The notes under the pieces are model-generated. The model did not search any database, had not been told where the DNA came from, and worked only from the letters and a program-made list of their open reading frames with translations. A DNA stretch of 64,000 bases from Octopus sinensis (Eukaryota). Below, piece by piece: positions 38,338 through 51,589 of this stretch. Each line of letters begins with the position of its first letter. The stretch's first letter is position 1. Both the position numbers and the translations under genes were made by a program. The stretch covers positions 9,796,001 to 9,860,000 of the forward strand of contig NC_043001.1 of NCBI RefSeq assembly GCF_006345805.1, given 5' to 3'.

Positions 38338-38775
38338 TAATATAATAATAATAATATAATAATAATAATAATAACAATAATAATAATAATAATAATGAAA
38401 TTATTGTATACAGTGCTCAGGTGCACCACAACTTGTCAAAAGTGCGTATAAAGCATGTGCAGTAATGTACAAATGTCTGAAAAGTGAACAGTGTATGAGT
38501 CAGGTACAATGCTTCGTGTGTATGGAGCGGGGAAAATCAGGTATAGTGTTGGCAAATCTCAAGAAGCATGGAAGTTTTGAAGGATACAGTGCTCCAACAA
38601 CTAACAACTGATGCTGGCAGTTTGTTCCATGCTTCAACAACTCTTAGCATGAAAAAATGTTTCCGAAAGTCATGGGAGCTGTGCTGTTTTCTGACTTTGT
38701 AAACATGTCCATGGGTGTTGGGCAGATGGAGTTTGAAAAGAGTTATTGTTCGTAAGATGGTTAATAATTTATTTC
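38338..38775 (-). mobile_element. CR1-clade LINE 3' end with (ATT)n tail
   Basis: Minus strand translates THGHVYKVRKQHSSHDFRKHFFMLRVVEAWNKLPASVV, matching the CR1 RGH...FF..RVV..WN.LP motif; stop at 38537-39. Confidence 0.85.
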
Positions 38776-40192
38776 AATCTTTATTTCAATCTTTTGTGAA
38801 GATTATTTGAGAACTTACCCACAGATCCTATTACTGTTGATAATAAATGTCTCTTCTCTGGCGATGACATATTTTCAATCTCTCACTTGAGTTCGTGGTA
38901 CTTCATGTTTTCTCGTACTCTGATCCTAATTCTATAATCCTGAACCATTTCAATATCAATTATTTACATTTTATCTATTTTTTATTTTGTTCACTTTGTC
39001 ATTATTTGTTAATAATCACAATAACAATGTCAGGTCTCTTATGTTTTACTTTATGATCGTACTGAATAGCAACAGAGGTTTTGATGCTACATTGAAACAT
39101 TAGATGATTCATACAAAATTATTATGGTTTATTAACTCATTTACAACATTCACTTATTAATTGTGCAACTGTTTTTTTTTTTTGCTACGTACTTAATGGA
39201 GAAGGGATTTTGTGGATTTTGTCAAAATGGAATTTAATGTAGTTTGTTCACAATGCATGTTCCTTTTGTAAAGATCAGTGAATCAGTCACAAAATTTTGA
39301 TTTTTATCCATAATCATTATTTATTCATACATTGATCTGTGTAGAAGCCTGGTGTGTGTGTGTGTGTATGTGTGTATGTGAGTGTGTGTGTTTGTGTGCG
39401 TGTGAGTGTGTATTTGTGTGTGCTTGTGTGAAAGAGAGAGGGAGAACATGGAGGAATGTACATTAAAGTAATAATGTGTGTGTGTGTGTTTGTGTGTGCA
39501 TGTGTGTGTGTGTGTCGGCATTTGTGCTTACTCTACCACCAGAGATGTTCACACACTGCTTAAAAAGTAGTGTTGGTTTGTTTACATCCCAGTAAATTAA
39601 CAATTCAGAGAAAGACACCAACAGAATCAGTACCAGGACCTTTTTAAACAAAAGTAAGCCCTGGGGTCAATTTGTGCTGCTAAGCCCTGTTCTACTCTTT
39701 CGCCCCTACTTTCTCTCAGTCTTTCTTCCTGTTTCTTGAGTAATGCTGCGATGGACTGGCTTCCAGTCTTACTGGGGAGAGCACGTATGCCATAGAAACT
39801 GGGCCCCTGAGCCTGGCTAGGCTTGAAAAGGGTGCATTAAAAAAAATACAATAGTGTGACTTATACATAAGTAAACACAGCAAGTATTAGTGGACTACTG
39901 AGATGAAGATAGTAAGGATGTAAGCTTTGTTGTTGTTAATAGAGATGGTGATGGACATTATAATGATTATAACTGACAACAGGTTATGCTCCAGTATGGC
40001 CAGTCTAATGGCTATAGGTAACTCAAAGGGTTTAATTTATATTTTAGCAATGTTGCATGCCCAACCTGGACCCCATTAATGTACGACTGGCAGTAACTAG
40101 CTGCAGTAATAGTAGTTATGTTAACAAATTATTTAACAGTTCTTTGAAGAATACTGATAATTTCTATTAATGCAATAAGATTTGTTTTAACT

Positions 40193-40577
40193 ATGACTGG
40201 CGTCCGTGCCAGCAGGGTGCAAAGAGCACCATATGAGTGTGATCATTGTCAAAGTGGCTATCTGGTCTCCATGCTGGTGGCACGTAAAAGACAGAATTTG
40301 AGCGTGATCATTACCAGCATCGCCTTACTGGCACCTGTGCCGGTGGCATGTGTAAAAAGACTCGAGCAAGGTCGTTGCCAGTACTGCCTGACTGGCACGT
40401 AAAAGCACCCACTACACTCACAGAGTGGTTGGTCTTAGGAAGGGCATCCAGCTTTAGAAACTCTCCCAGATCAAGATTGAAGCCTGGTGCAGCCATCTGG
40501 TTCGCCAGCCCTCAGTCAATCGTCCAACCCATGCTAGCATGGAAAGAGGACATTAAACGATGATGATGATGATGATT
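40193..40577 (+). mobile_element. 5'-truncated RTE 3'UTR with about 4 tandem units and (GAT)n tail
   Basis: gtggcacgtaaaag units; ggttggtcttaggaagggcatccagc; ttaaacgatgatg. Confidence 0.85.
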
Positions 40578-41946
40578 TATTAAATAGTTGGTTAATTTAT
40601 GTTCATTTTTATTGCTGGGAGTAAAACAGAAATGAAGTTTAAAAAAAAATTGAGCTTGCATTAGTTTGAAGAAAGTTCTATGCTGTTAAGACATTGATGC
40701 TATCACTATTTCAGAGTCACCTTTTAAAGTTTGACAAGCTAAAACATGGGGTAAAAAATTGTATTCGCTAATAATGACTGCTAATTAACTCAAGTCGTTA
40801 CAATTCATTTTGATTTTGTCATAGTGTGTTTTTCTTTTTCTTAAAAGAAAGAATTTTCTGAACATTTTTATAAAAGTTTCTCATGTGGACATTTTGTCAT
40901 TTAGAAAATCTTTTAGTCCTATAATACAAGAATGAATTGCCTTGTGTCAACCGAACAGAAAAATTGTGACTAAATATTAAAAAAAAAATTACGCTCCCAA
41001 TCAAACCAAGCAGATTTGTGTACAACAAAGGACTTTATTGGTTTTAGCTGCAAACTAATTGAGTGATTTATCTCATATGTTAATCTCAAAGAACAGAGTC
41101 CTGTTTGAATTGATATATTTTGCTTTTATAGTTTCACCTTCTTATTTGGTAATTTATTGTTTATAGAATGTCATTTAGCGGGGTGCGAGTATAGAAAAAA
41201 AAAATTATAGTTTTAAAATAATATATTGCCTATTGAATTTCTCTTCTGATTTCTTTTGAAATAGATTGACTATTGTCAACTTATTGTCTATACAAACATC
41301 TTTTCATCCTTTATTATTCAGTTTGTATTGTTTACTTATTCTGTAAATTGACTGATAGAAAGTGAGAATAGTTAATTGAGTATTTAATTAAAAAAATAAA
41401 AACTGTTTTCAATGGCTGATAGAATGGAATGAACAATTGGTTATTTTAGTTCAAATGTTAACTTGTGTGTATTGAAATTACGAGAAAAACAATATTTCTC
41501 CTCCTTTTCAAGATTTCAGAAAGAGCAGATAATTAAAAAAATTAATCTCTGTGTTAAGTATTTATTATCATAAATAATAGAAAAAGTCTATAGTTTTGAA
41601 TGATATAATTATAGTTTGTATACAGAGCTTGAACCTATGAACTCTCAATTCAGATATCTAACCACTCATAATCAGAACTCTAAGCCACCCACTTACCATC
41701 TCCATTCTTTTAAAAGGTTGGTCAAACCAATTCTTTCTATTATTTGGTCCTTAAATTATGATTCTGTTTTTTTAATTTTAATCTATTTATTTTCCCGAAG
41801 TTCTCTTGATTTCATCTTCCATTTAATTCAAACATTTAAGGAATCTTTCAATGTTTCTAACAAGAGTGGCACCTTACATCTAACAATACTTAAAATACAA
41901 AAGCGACAAATTGACAGAATTGTTAAGACAATTGTTAACAAAAGGC

Positions 41947-42360
41947 GGCGAGCTGGCAGAAACATTAGCACACCGGGCAAAATACTTAGCGGTATTTTGT
42001 CTGCTATTATGTTCTGAGTTCAAATTCCACCTAGGTTGACTTTGCCTTTCATCCTTTCAGGGTCGATTAAATAAGTACCAGTTATGCACTGGGGTCGATA
42101 TAATCGACTTAATCCGTTTGTCTGTCCTTGTTTGTCCTCTCTGTGTTTAGCCCCTTGTAGGTAGTAAAGAAATAGGCATTTCGTCTGCCGCTACTTTCTG
42201 AGTTCAAATTCCGCCGAGGTTGACTTTGCCTTTCATCCTTTCGGAGTCAATAAATTAAATACCAGTTACACACTGGGGTCAATATAATCGACTCAATCTG
42301 TTTGTCTTTCCTTGTTTGTCCCCTCTATGTTTAGTCCCTTGTGAGCAAAAAAAAAAAAAA
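41947..42360 (+). mobile_element. SINE family B, head plus 2 units, poly(A) and TSD
   Basis: Units at about 41991 and 42175; TSD aattgttaaca/aattgtgaaca (41930-40; 42363-73). Confidence 0.9.
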
Positions 42361-43094
42361 AGAATTGTGAACACAATGGGGGAAAATGCTTAGCAATATT
42401 AAATCCATCTTTCTGAGTTCAAATTCCGCCAAGGTCGACCTTGCCTTTCATCTTTTTGGGGTTGATAAAATAAGCAGTAGTTGATTACTGAGGTCAATCT
42501 AATCAACTTAAGCTCTACCTGAATATTGATGGCCTTATTCCAAATTTTAAACCAATATTTAAAATATGATGGCAGACATGGGACTATTTGGTTAAGATGT
42601 TAACTTCCGAATCACATGGTAGGCGATTCTGTCCTTAATGCATGAGATACTGATATCATCTACACTAGCTATGGGGTGACTTATGAATGAAACTGGAAAA
42701 TAGAAACTGGATTGAGCCCTTAATAATTGTGTGTGCCTATGATTGATTGATTCTAGTTTCAGCTCATGAGCTGTGGCCATGCTGGGGCACCGCCATGCAT
42801 GCATGGGTACATGACTATGAGTACATTCTTTGTTGACTTTACAGGAGTGTTGTGATTCTAAGCAAAGGCATCGCATCTTTTTTATGCAAATGGCATCATT
42901 TGTTTGCAGTTCTCCAAAAGTATGTCCAGGCTATTTGTTATTTAAATGGATGATTATCACTTGGTTTTGGAACAGGTTGGTGTCAGGAAGAGCATCCAGC
43001 CATAGAAAAACCTGTCTCTGCGAAGTCATATCTGACCCAGTCATGCTTCAAAAGAAAAAAAAAAATAGATGTTTAACAATGGTGGTGATCTTTT

Positions 43095-43402
43095 ATTTTT
43101 TGTTTGTTTCAGTCATTAGACTGTGGCCATGATGGAGCACCACCTTGAAGAAATTTCGGTCAAATGAACCGACCCCTGCACTTATCTTTTTAAAGCCTGG
43201 TGGTGGGGGTAGATACACACACACACACACACATATAATACACACACACAAGCTTCTTTTAATTTCCATCTACCAAATCCACTCACAAGGCTTTGGTCAG
43301 CCGAAGGCAATAGTAGAAGACATTTGCTCAAGGTGCCACACAGTGAGACTGAACCCAAAACCATGTGGTTTGGAATCAAGCTTCTTCCCTCATAGTCATG
43401 CC
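43095..43402 (-). mobile_element. SINE family A with internal deletion
   Basis: tttcagtcattagactgtggcc...gactgaacccaaaaccatgtgg. Confidence 0.8.
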
Positions 43403-45363
43403 TATAATGAATCAATCTCCATTAAAAGAACCGATAACAGAACTAATGTTTACTCAAATATTTTCTTCTTTAAACAATTTCTACTCACTAATCTTACGTC
43501 AAGAAATTTAGCTTCTTATAAAATTACGTTATATTCAACAACGGCATCTTAATTTTGTCATTGAACTAAAGGGTGGAAATTAGCAAAGTCCAAACTAAAT
43601 TTAATTAATGCTGACATAATCAGATTTGATAATCTATTGTTAAAAAAAAATTCTAAAGAAAAGTTTGACAAATGTTAAATACTTTTTTTTTATTGAATTT
43701 AATTCTCACACATTTAATAGAAAAAATTCCAAACTCTTGTTCTTGTGGTGAGAAATATCTTAGTATCATGATTATATCTCCATTATTAGAGTAGAAATGG
43801 AATACATTGTCAGTGTTTGTTTCTTTTATGAGAAAATTTGAAAATTTGTCTATTACTGAAGGAAAAATTGACATTGGTTTTTAAAGACATTATATTTAAG
43901 AACACATTTTTATTGATAATAAATTGCTAAAAAATTTTCTTAAATCTATTTTTGATTGGTTATAGGCAACACAAAATGTCTAATCTTGTCAGGTACAACC
44001 CAAAATGTCTAATCTTGTCAGGTACAACCCAAAATTTGTTTACACTAAAATCACTTGAAAATTATTATTATTATTTTTTTTTTTTTGAATAGAATTTCTT
44101 TCTTATTCCATAGAATTTAAAACAAGAATGATATTGCATAGTGAATAGAGGAAGGACAGAATCTATGACACTTTCAAGAGCCTCAAAGACTAAAGTGGGG
44201 TGGCAGAAAAAGAAAATAGTAAATTATCACCAAATTTAAGACTTGGTGTAAATTCCTGCAACAGAATGAATTCTACTCAGGAGTCAGGTGCTGGAGTTTA
44301 ACTGATCGATGGCTTTAGCTGACATGATTTAGTTTAATCTCCAGTCACTTGCCTCTATCAGCTGCTGATTTGGAAACGAATAAATAAACACCATAAAAGC
44401 CTTGGTTTAGTCTATTTCCCTCGATCTACAGTACATTTTACCTTGAAGCTTTACACCTGTGAGCTTTCTGTTTCCCTCTATACAAACAGTTTTGAATATA
44501 AACTGATCCCAAAATAAACTGTTTATAAAATCGTATAAATATGTGAGCATAAATTTACATATTTGTCTGTTTTTGTTTACTTTATTGTGTCCATGTTTTC
44601 CATCTGTTTATTTGACTTCTATCTCAGCTGAATACAGTCACCTGTAAGCAAAAGAAGCGAAACTGTATATGACTGATCAACCTGCTAGAAATAGCACCTA
44701 AATTTTCAGATCATGTCCAAAAGGCATGGCCACGTGCTTAAGCAGCCTGCTTTGTCCCATGTCGTTTCAGGTTCAGTCCTACTACACAGCACCCTGAACA
44801 AGTATTTTTTGTATTTTATAGCTCTGAACAGAACAAAACCTTGTGAATGTGTTTGGCTGGTGGAAACTGAAAGAAGCCTGTCATGTTTATTTATAATATG
44901 TGTGTTTGTATATCCTTGTCTTGACATCATGTGATGGTTGTAAATGAGTATCACTGTCATACAAGCAGGAGGCATTCATTTCTAATATTCTGCAGAAGCA
45001 TGTCTGGCCAAGAGGAAATATTACCTTACTAGCAAACAAGTAAAGGTTAGTGACAGGAAGAGTACTCAGTTGTAGAAACTCTCCCTCATCAAATCCCATT
45101 TGACTCATACAAGCACGGATTTGATTCATTTCAAAGCAGTGCTCCAGCATGGCCACAACCAAATGACTGGGAAGACATAACACGATGTAAATAAAGACAT
45201 CTGAGAAAAATGAGAAATTTGAAAAGTTAACACGAAACCAGTAATTTCTTCAAAAACTATGTTACTGTATGAAAAAATTCTTTAACATTCTTCCAACATA
45301 ATGACTCAAATATATTCTTTAAACCTTATAAAACAAGCCTTCTGTAGTTTTTGCACACTTTTC

Positions 45364-45417
<54 letters not shown>

Positions 45418-45424
45418 GTGTATG

Positions 45425-45670
45425 TATATATTTGACTGTATATGTTTGTGTGTTTGTGTTTGTCTCCACCTACCACTACCATCACTTGACAACAGACGCT
45501 GGTGTGTTTATGTTCCTGTAACTTAGCAGTTCGGCAAAACAGAGCGATACAATAAGTACTAGGCTTACAAATAATAGATTCTGGAGTCAATTTGTTCGAC
45601 TAAAAGGGCAGTGCTCCAGCGTGGCCACACACAGTCAAATGACTGAAACAAATGAAAGAGTAAAAAGAGT
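45425..45670 (+). mobile_element. SINE family A, 3' half
   Basis: tgtgtttgtgtttgtctcc...tgactgaaacaaatgaaagag. Confidence 0.8.
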
Positions 45671-45893
45671 ATATAAAAAGTAAGCAATTATAACGAGAAC
45701 ATCTTTTCCTAACGAATCTACTCAAACAGGATTAACCCAGGGCTAAACAACAGTAGCAGCAGCAACCTATATTTATTCATCAGATGATTTATGCTGCATA
45801 TATTTTGGTTTATTGTTATCTTTTAATGTCCAATAGCTGACATACTGCAATCATTAGCACAGCTGTATAATCAGTAATCAGTTAATTGCCTTG

Positions 45894-45931
<38 letters not shown>

Positions 45932-46184
45932 GTTGCTGAATACAACACCTCTTTTATCAGATGTCACAGCACAGCTGTTGAGACAATAATTTAACATGGT
46001 TTCATGTGTTTTTTTTACTATTATTTTTGGTGGTAGAGGTGGTGGTGGTGATGGTAGAGGTGGGCGGAGTTATAATTATCAAAGAATTGATTGTAATTCA
46101 AATTTTTGTCAAATATGTTTATTACACACATGCAAATGTATGTGTGTGCATGTATAAATGTATGTATATGTATGCATGTATGTG

Positions 46185-46287
<103 letters not shown>

Positions 46288-46288
46288 G

Positions 46289-46319
<31 letters not shown>

Positions 46320-46324
46320 GTATA

Positions 46325-46360
<36 letters not shown>

Positions 46361-46362
<2 letters not shown>

Positions 46363-46990
46363 CACAGGAGTGGCTGTGTGGTAAGTAGCTTGCTTACCAG
46401 CAACATGGTTCCGGGTTCAGTCCCACTGCGTGGCACCTTAGGCAAGTGTTTCTACTATAGCCCCGGGCTGACCAAAGCTTTGTGAGTGGATTTGGTAGAC
46501 AGAAACTGAAAGAAGCCCATCGTATATATATATATATATTTCTTTACTACCCACAAGGGGCTAAACATAGAGGGGACAAAGAAGGACAGACAAAAGGATT
46601 AAGTCGATTACATCGACCCCAGAACGTAACTGGTACTTATTTTATCGACCCCGAAAGGATGAAAGGCAAAGTCGACCTCAGCGGAATTTGAACCCAGAAC
46701 ACATAACGGCAGACGAAATACGGCTACGCATTTCGCCCGGCGTGCTAACAATTCTCCCAGCTCGCTGCCTTAAATGTATATGTATGTGTGTGTGTGTTTG
46801 TTTCCCCAACATCGCTTGATAACCGATGCTGGTGTGTTCACGGCCCCATCATTAGCGGTTCAGCAAGAGAGACCGATAGCATAAGTACTAGGCTTACAAA
46901 GAATAAGTCCTGGGTTCGATTTGCTCGATTAAAGGCAGTGCTCCAGCATGTCCGCACTCAAATGACTGAAACAACTGAAAGAGTAAAGAG
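46361..46990 (+). mobile_element. SINE family A with a family B monomer inserted (minus strand, 46539-46770) in its central (TA)n
   Basis: A 5' half 46361-46522, B reverse complement, A 3' half about 46790-46990. Confidence 0.88.
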
Positions 46991-47229
46991 TATATACATG
47001 TCTTTATGTGAATATCTATGTATGTGTGTATGTAGATATACATGCATGTGTGTATGTGTCTATGTGTATATTTATGTATTTGTGTATGTGTATATATATA
47101 TTTGTGTGTGTATATATACATATACATACACACACACAAATATATTCTTTAATTCTTTTATTTATTTTCAGTCATTTGACTGTAGCCATGCTGGAGCACC
47201 GCTTTTAGTCAAGCAAAATCAACCCTAGG

Positions 47230-47435
47230 TGTGTATGTGTTTGTCCCCCCCAACATCACTTGACAATCGATGCTGGTGTGTTTACGTCCCCGTAACTTAG
47301 TGGTTCGGCTGAAGAGACCAATAGAATAAGTACTAGGCTTACAAAGAATAAGTCCTGGGGTCGATTTGTTCAACTAAAGGTGGTGCTCCAGCATGGCCGC
47401 AGTCAAATGACTAAAATGAGTAAAAGAATAAAAGT
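47230..47435 (+). mobile_element. SINE family A 3' half, abutting an inverted 3' tip (47150-47228)
   Basis: Two 3' ends diverging from about 47229. Confidence 0.8.
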
Positions 47436-47653
47436 ATATATATGTGCGTGTGTGATGTACAGACATGAATATTGAAAGAAAATGTTGTCAGAATTTTGGA
47501 AAGACTAAAAGACCTTTTTTATTTTATGTCTTCCTTTTCATTTTAGCGCTTTCGTTTGTGTATATATATATAGATATAGGTATAGATATATATATATATA
47601 GATATAGGTATATATATAGGTATGTGTGTATATATATATATATAATATATATA

Positions 47654-47702
<49 letters not shown>

Positions 47703-48329
47703 TATTGATATAAGTATAGATATATAGATATAGGTTTAGATATATAGATGTAGGTGCGGATATATGTATATAAATATATATAGATATATACATATGTATA
47801 TATGTATACATACATACATATAATGTATATATGTAAGTACTAACTTACGTATGTATATAAATATGTATGCGCACATACATGCATATACACACACACACAT
47901 CTACACACCTACATAATACATACATACATGTATATATATATATATAATACACACACACACACACACACACACCACACATATATACATCATGTACAATTTT
48001 TCGTGTAGTATATTTGTAATATTTATTAAATAACATTCTAATAGTGTTTTATCTGTTTTTTGTAATTTGAACAAACACAGATTCATAAATTTAATCTTCA
48101 GCTGCTGTACAAACTTAAATACATTAGTCTGTAAATATTACTGAACTCTGTAGTTAAGTCAGTTGAGACAAAGAAAGAGCCTTCATGTGACCACACAATT
48201 TGCTAGAAATGTCTCTTCATATTGTCTTTCGGGCTTGCAAATTATTCTGTGGCCCCACTAATGCATTCTTTATCGTTTTAGCACTTAAACCGGCCATATC
48301 TGGTCCAAATATTATTTTCTACTATAGAA

Positions 48330-48530
48330 CACAAGGTGTGAAATTGTTGGGGAGGGGTCTGGTCGATTACATCGACCCCAGTGCATAAATGGTACTGGAT
48401 TTATTGACCCCTGAAAGGATGACAGGCAAAGTTGACCTTGGCGGAATTTGAACTCAGAATGTAGCGGATTATGAAACACCACCAAGCATTACGTCTAGTG
48501 TGCTAACAATTCTGCTAGCTTGCCGCCTTA
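48330..48530 (-). mobile_element. SINE family B variant inserted in MITE-2
   Basis: gtcgattacatcgaccccagtgc...ggaatttgaactc...gctagcttgccgcc. Confidence 0.8.
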
Positions 48531-48575
48531 TATCTGGCCCAAATATTCTACTTGTTTTATATTCAAACTGACCAC

Positions 48576-48857
48576 GGGCATATGGCTTAGTGGTTAAAAG
48601 TGTGGGCCACTAACCCCAAGATTCCGAGTTCAATTCCAGGCAGTGTCCCGAATAATAAGAATAATAATAATACAACAGCATCGGAAAAAATACCTTAGCA
48701 ATGAGAACCCAGGTTTGAAATTTCCTCAAGAAACCTGATGAAGGCTGGAGAGTACATTAGCCGAAACATTGTGTTAACAACAAACAAGATGAGGGCAAAT
48801 ATCCGTCAGATGTAAAAAATTGTACATAATTCCTCATCTCTCAAATATAGAACTGTA
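48576..48857 (+). mobile_element. Full-length HHR-SINE: tRNA head + (AAT)n + Penelope-like tail with hammerhead
   Basis: A-box TGGCTTAGTGG 48583-93; B-box GAGTTCAATTCC 48626-37; CTGATGA 48735-41; GAAA 48763-66; inserted inside MITE-2. Confidence 0.85.
48730..48775 (+). ncRNA. Minimal hammerhead motif (decayed stem I/III)
   Basis: CUGAUGA A GGCUG...UAGCC GAAA CAU U GUGUU. Confidence 0.6.
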
Positions 48858-48974
48858 TGGCCAGATCCAGCCTCTCACACCTTCGCTACGATGTCATACT
48901 AGAAATAAACAGGCATGTCATCAAAATCTCAAAGCAAAAAGATAATGAATGATTAATTGAAAACAAAGTGAACG

Positions 48975-49104
48975 GAGGCTGTGTGGTAAGTAGCTTGCTT
49001 ACTAACTACATGGTTCTGGGTTCAGTCCCACTGCGTTCGGGCCAACCAAAGCCTTGTGAGTGGATTTGGTAGATGAAAACTGAAAGAAGACCATTGTATA
49101 TATG

Positions 49105-49135
<31 letters not shown>

Positions 49136-49336
49136 TTGTCTGTGTTTGTTCCCCCACCATTGCTTGACAACTGATGTAGGTGTGTTTACGTCCCCATAAC
49201 TTAGAGGTTCGGCTAATGAGACAGATTAAATAAGTACCAGTTACACACTGGGGTCAATGTAATCGACTTACTGCATTTGTCTGTCCTTGTTTTGTCTCTT
49301 CTGCGTAGCCCCTTGTGGGCAGTAAAGAAATAAGAA
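48975..49336 (+). mobile_element. Chimeric SINE: family A 5' part joined to family B 3' part
   Basis: Switch at about 49225 within the shared 'aataagtac' motif. Confidence 0.75.
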
Positions 49337-49644
49337 ACATCCTTTGAAACAAAATATTGCGTTTTTCTTCAGATTCTTGGCAATTCTTCTCCTTGGTATA
49401 ATCTTGAGTGGCTAAACCTATTTTTATTAACTAATGTTACATCTTTTACATTTGATTGTTCTCATGATTACAATGTGAAATGAAGTAGGATTGAAACCAG
49501 AACCCTTTGATTGGCAAGTGAATTTCTTAAGCATATGGCCATGCCATGTATTTGTTTTCTCAGATTATTTTCGAATCCAAATCAGCTTGCTGCTAATTTC
49601 CTTATTTTATCTTTTATTTTTCTCTCTCATCATCCTAAGCACAT

Positions 49645-49678
<34 letters not shown>

Positions 49679-49879
49679 GCAAACAACTAACTGTTTTCTA
49701 TAATCTCTTTGAAAAATCTTCAACATCTGACTGAAATATCATGTTTCAAACACCAGCAATTTATCTTTATACTTTGTTATTAGAAACAGATTATCGGTTG
49801 ATCGAATTCTGGAAAATCGTGAATTGTTCTATGAGATTTACAGGTGCTAAGGAAGAAAAATATTGATCGTCTTCTTACT

Positions 49880-50016
49880 AGCATCAGCAGCAGCATCAGT
49901 AGTAGTAGTAGTAGTAGCAGTAGTAGTAGTAGTAGAAGTAGTAGTAGTAGAAGTAGCAGCGGCAGCATTAGTAGTTGTAGTAGTAATAGTAGCATTACTA
50001 CTACTACTACTACTAC

Positions 50017-50064
<48 letters not shown>

Positions 50065-50230
50065 CAGCCGCAGCAGCAGCATTAGTAGTTGTAGTAGTAA
50101 TAGTAGCATTACTAGTAGTAGTAGTAGTAGCAGTAGTAGTTGTAGTAGTAGTAGGAGCAGCAGTAGTAGTAGTAGCAGCAGCAGTAGTAGTTGTAGTAGT
50201 AGTAGTAGTAGTAGTAGTCGTAGCAGCAAT
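49880..50230. repeat. Compound (AGT)n/(AGC)n trinucleotide array with internal ~45 bp duplication
   Basis: gcagc..gcagcattagtagttgtagtagtaatagtagcattacta occurs twice (about 49956 and 50070). Confidence 0.95.
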
Positions 50231-50536
50231 TTAAAAGAATAAGACAAAAAGCTTCCCAGTAAACTGGTAGTGGTCTGCGTCGGTAGGAACTGTAGTAAAT
50301 GAGATTGGATAAGTTTGTATGTGGTGACGACAAGAGGAGGTAACTGGTGTGTTTCGGTTCTGACTCTTCGTCTGTGAGAAGAAAGTACTTGAACAAAAAA
50401 AATCAAAAAGGATATTTTTACTTTTTCTCTTAGCTGAGAGCTTGGTCCCTAATGCTTGGTCCTTTCCTCGTCAAGGCATAAAAATTTACCAAAACACAGA
50501 AACTCAATTAACAATTGAAAACCTCTTTTATCAGCA

Positions 50537-50932
50537 GTGAGTGGCTGTGTGGTAAGTAGCTTGTTTACCAACCACATAGTTCTGGGTTCAGTCCCCCTGC
50601 GTGGCACCTTGGGCAAGTGTCTTCAGCTATAGCCTCGGGCCGACCAAAGCCTTGGGAGTGGATTTGGTAGACGGAAACTGAAAGAAGCCCGTCATATATA
50701 TATATATATGTGTGTTTGTGTGTCTGTGTTTGTCCCCCTAGCATTGCTTGACAACCGATGCTGGTGTATTTATGTCCTCGTTACTTAGCGGTTCAGCAAA
50801 AGAGACCGATAGAATAAGTACTGGGCTTACAAAAGAATAAGTCCCAGGATCGAGTTGCTCGATTAAAGGCGGTGCTCCAGCATGGCTGCAGTCAAAAAAT
50901 TACTGAAACAAGTAAAAGAGAATAAAAGAGAG
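50537..50932 (+). mobile_element. SINE family A, full length
   Basis: gagtggctgtgtggtaagtagc...actgaaacaagtaaaagag. Confidence 0.9.
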
Positions 50933-51589
50933 TTGTTAAAGTCTTGAGGTGTTTGTTCTGGTATCTTACATTCAGAGATCAAATCCTGTTGAAAGCTACT
51001 TTATCTTTCTCCCTTCCATGGTCAGTAAAGTAACCAGTTTATCCGTTGGACTTGCTCAATCGTTAGCGTCGGATGGGATGCTTTGCAATATTTCTTCCTG
51101 TTCTTTATGTTGTGAGTTCAAATCCTGTCAATTCTTAGTTGCATAATGCACTTAATCCACCAAAATGTTTAACACCGCAACCTGGTCCTCAAGTGCTTTT
51201 AGTGGAATCTGCATTGTTGCAAGCATTGAAGACAGATCTCCACTCTAAGATAACATCTCTCAATTCCATCATTCTTGGAGACCCTCTTAAGAAATCACAG
51301 AAACTGCTTTTCCTGCTAGTGAAGTTAAACTTTGGATCAGTGCTTCTCATGTAGGGTCCATATGGCTTTTGGTGGTTCATATAAGATTGTTTGGTAAAAT
51401 TTAGGAGCAGCAGATTGCTTATATTTCTATTAGTTACTGTATGGGGGTAAAAATTCAATCTTTCATGTTGCAGGAATCAATGTGGTTTTTCCACCTACTA
51501 GAAATAGCAGCCAAACTTTCCTCAAATCACATAGCTTTATTTACATTATATACATTCGACGGATATTTGTCCTCATCTTGTTTGTTGTT

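Noticed and set aside
43973-44036. 30 bp perfect tandem duplication (also 17 bp duplications near 7745 and 25520)
   Set aside because: Ordinary local slippage duplications with no further structure.
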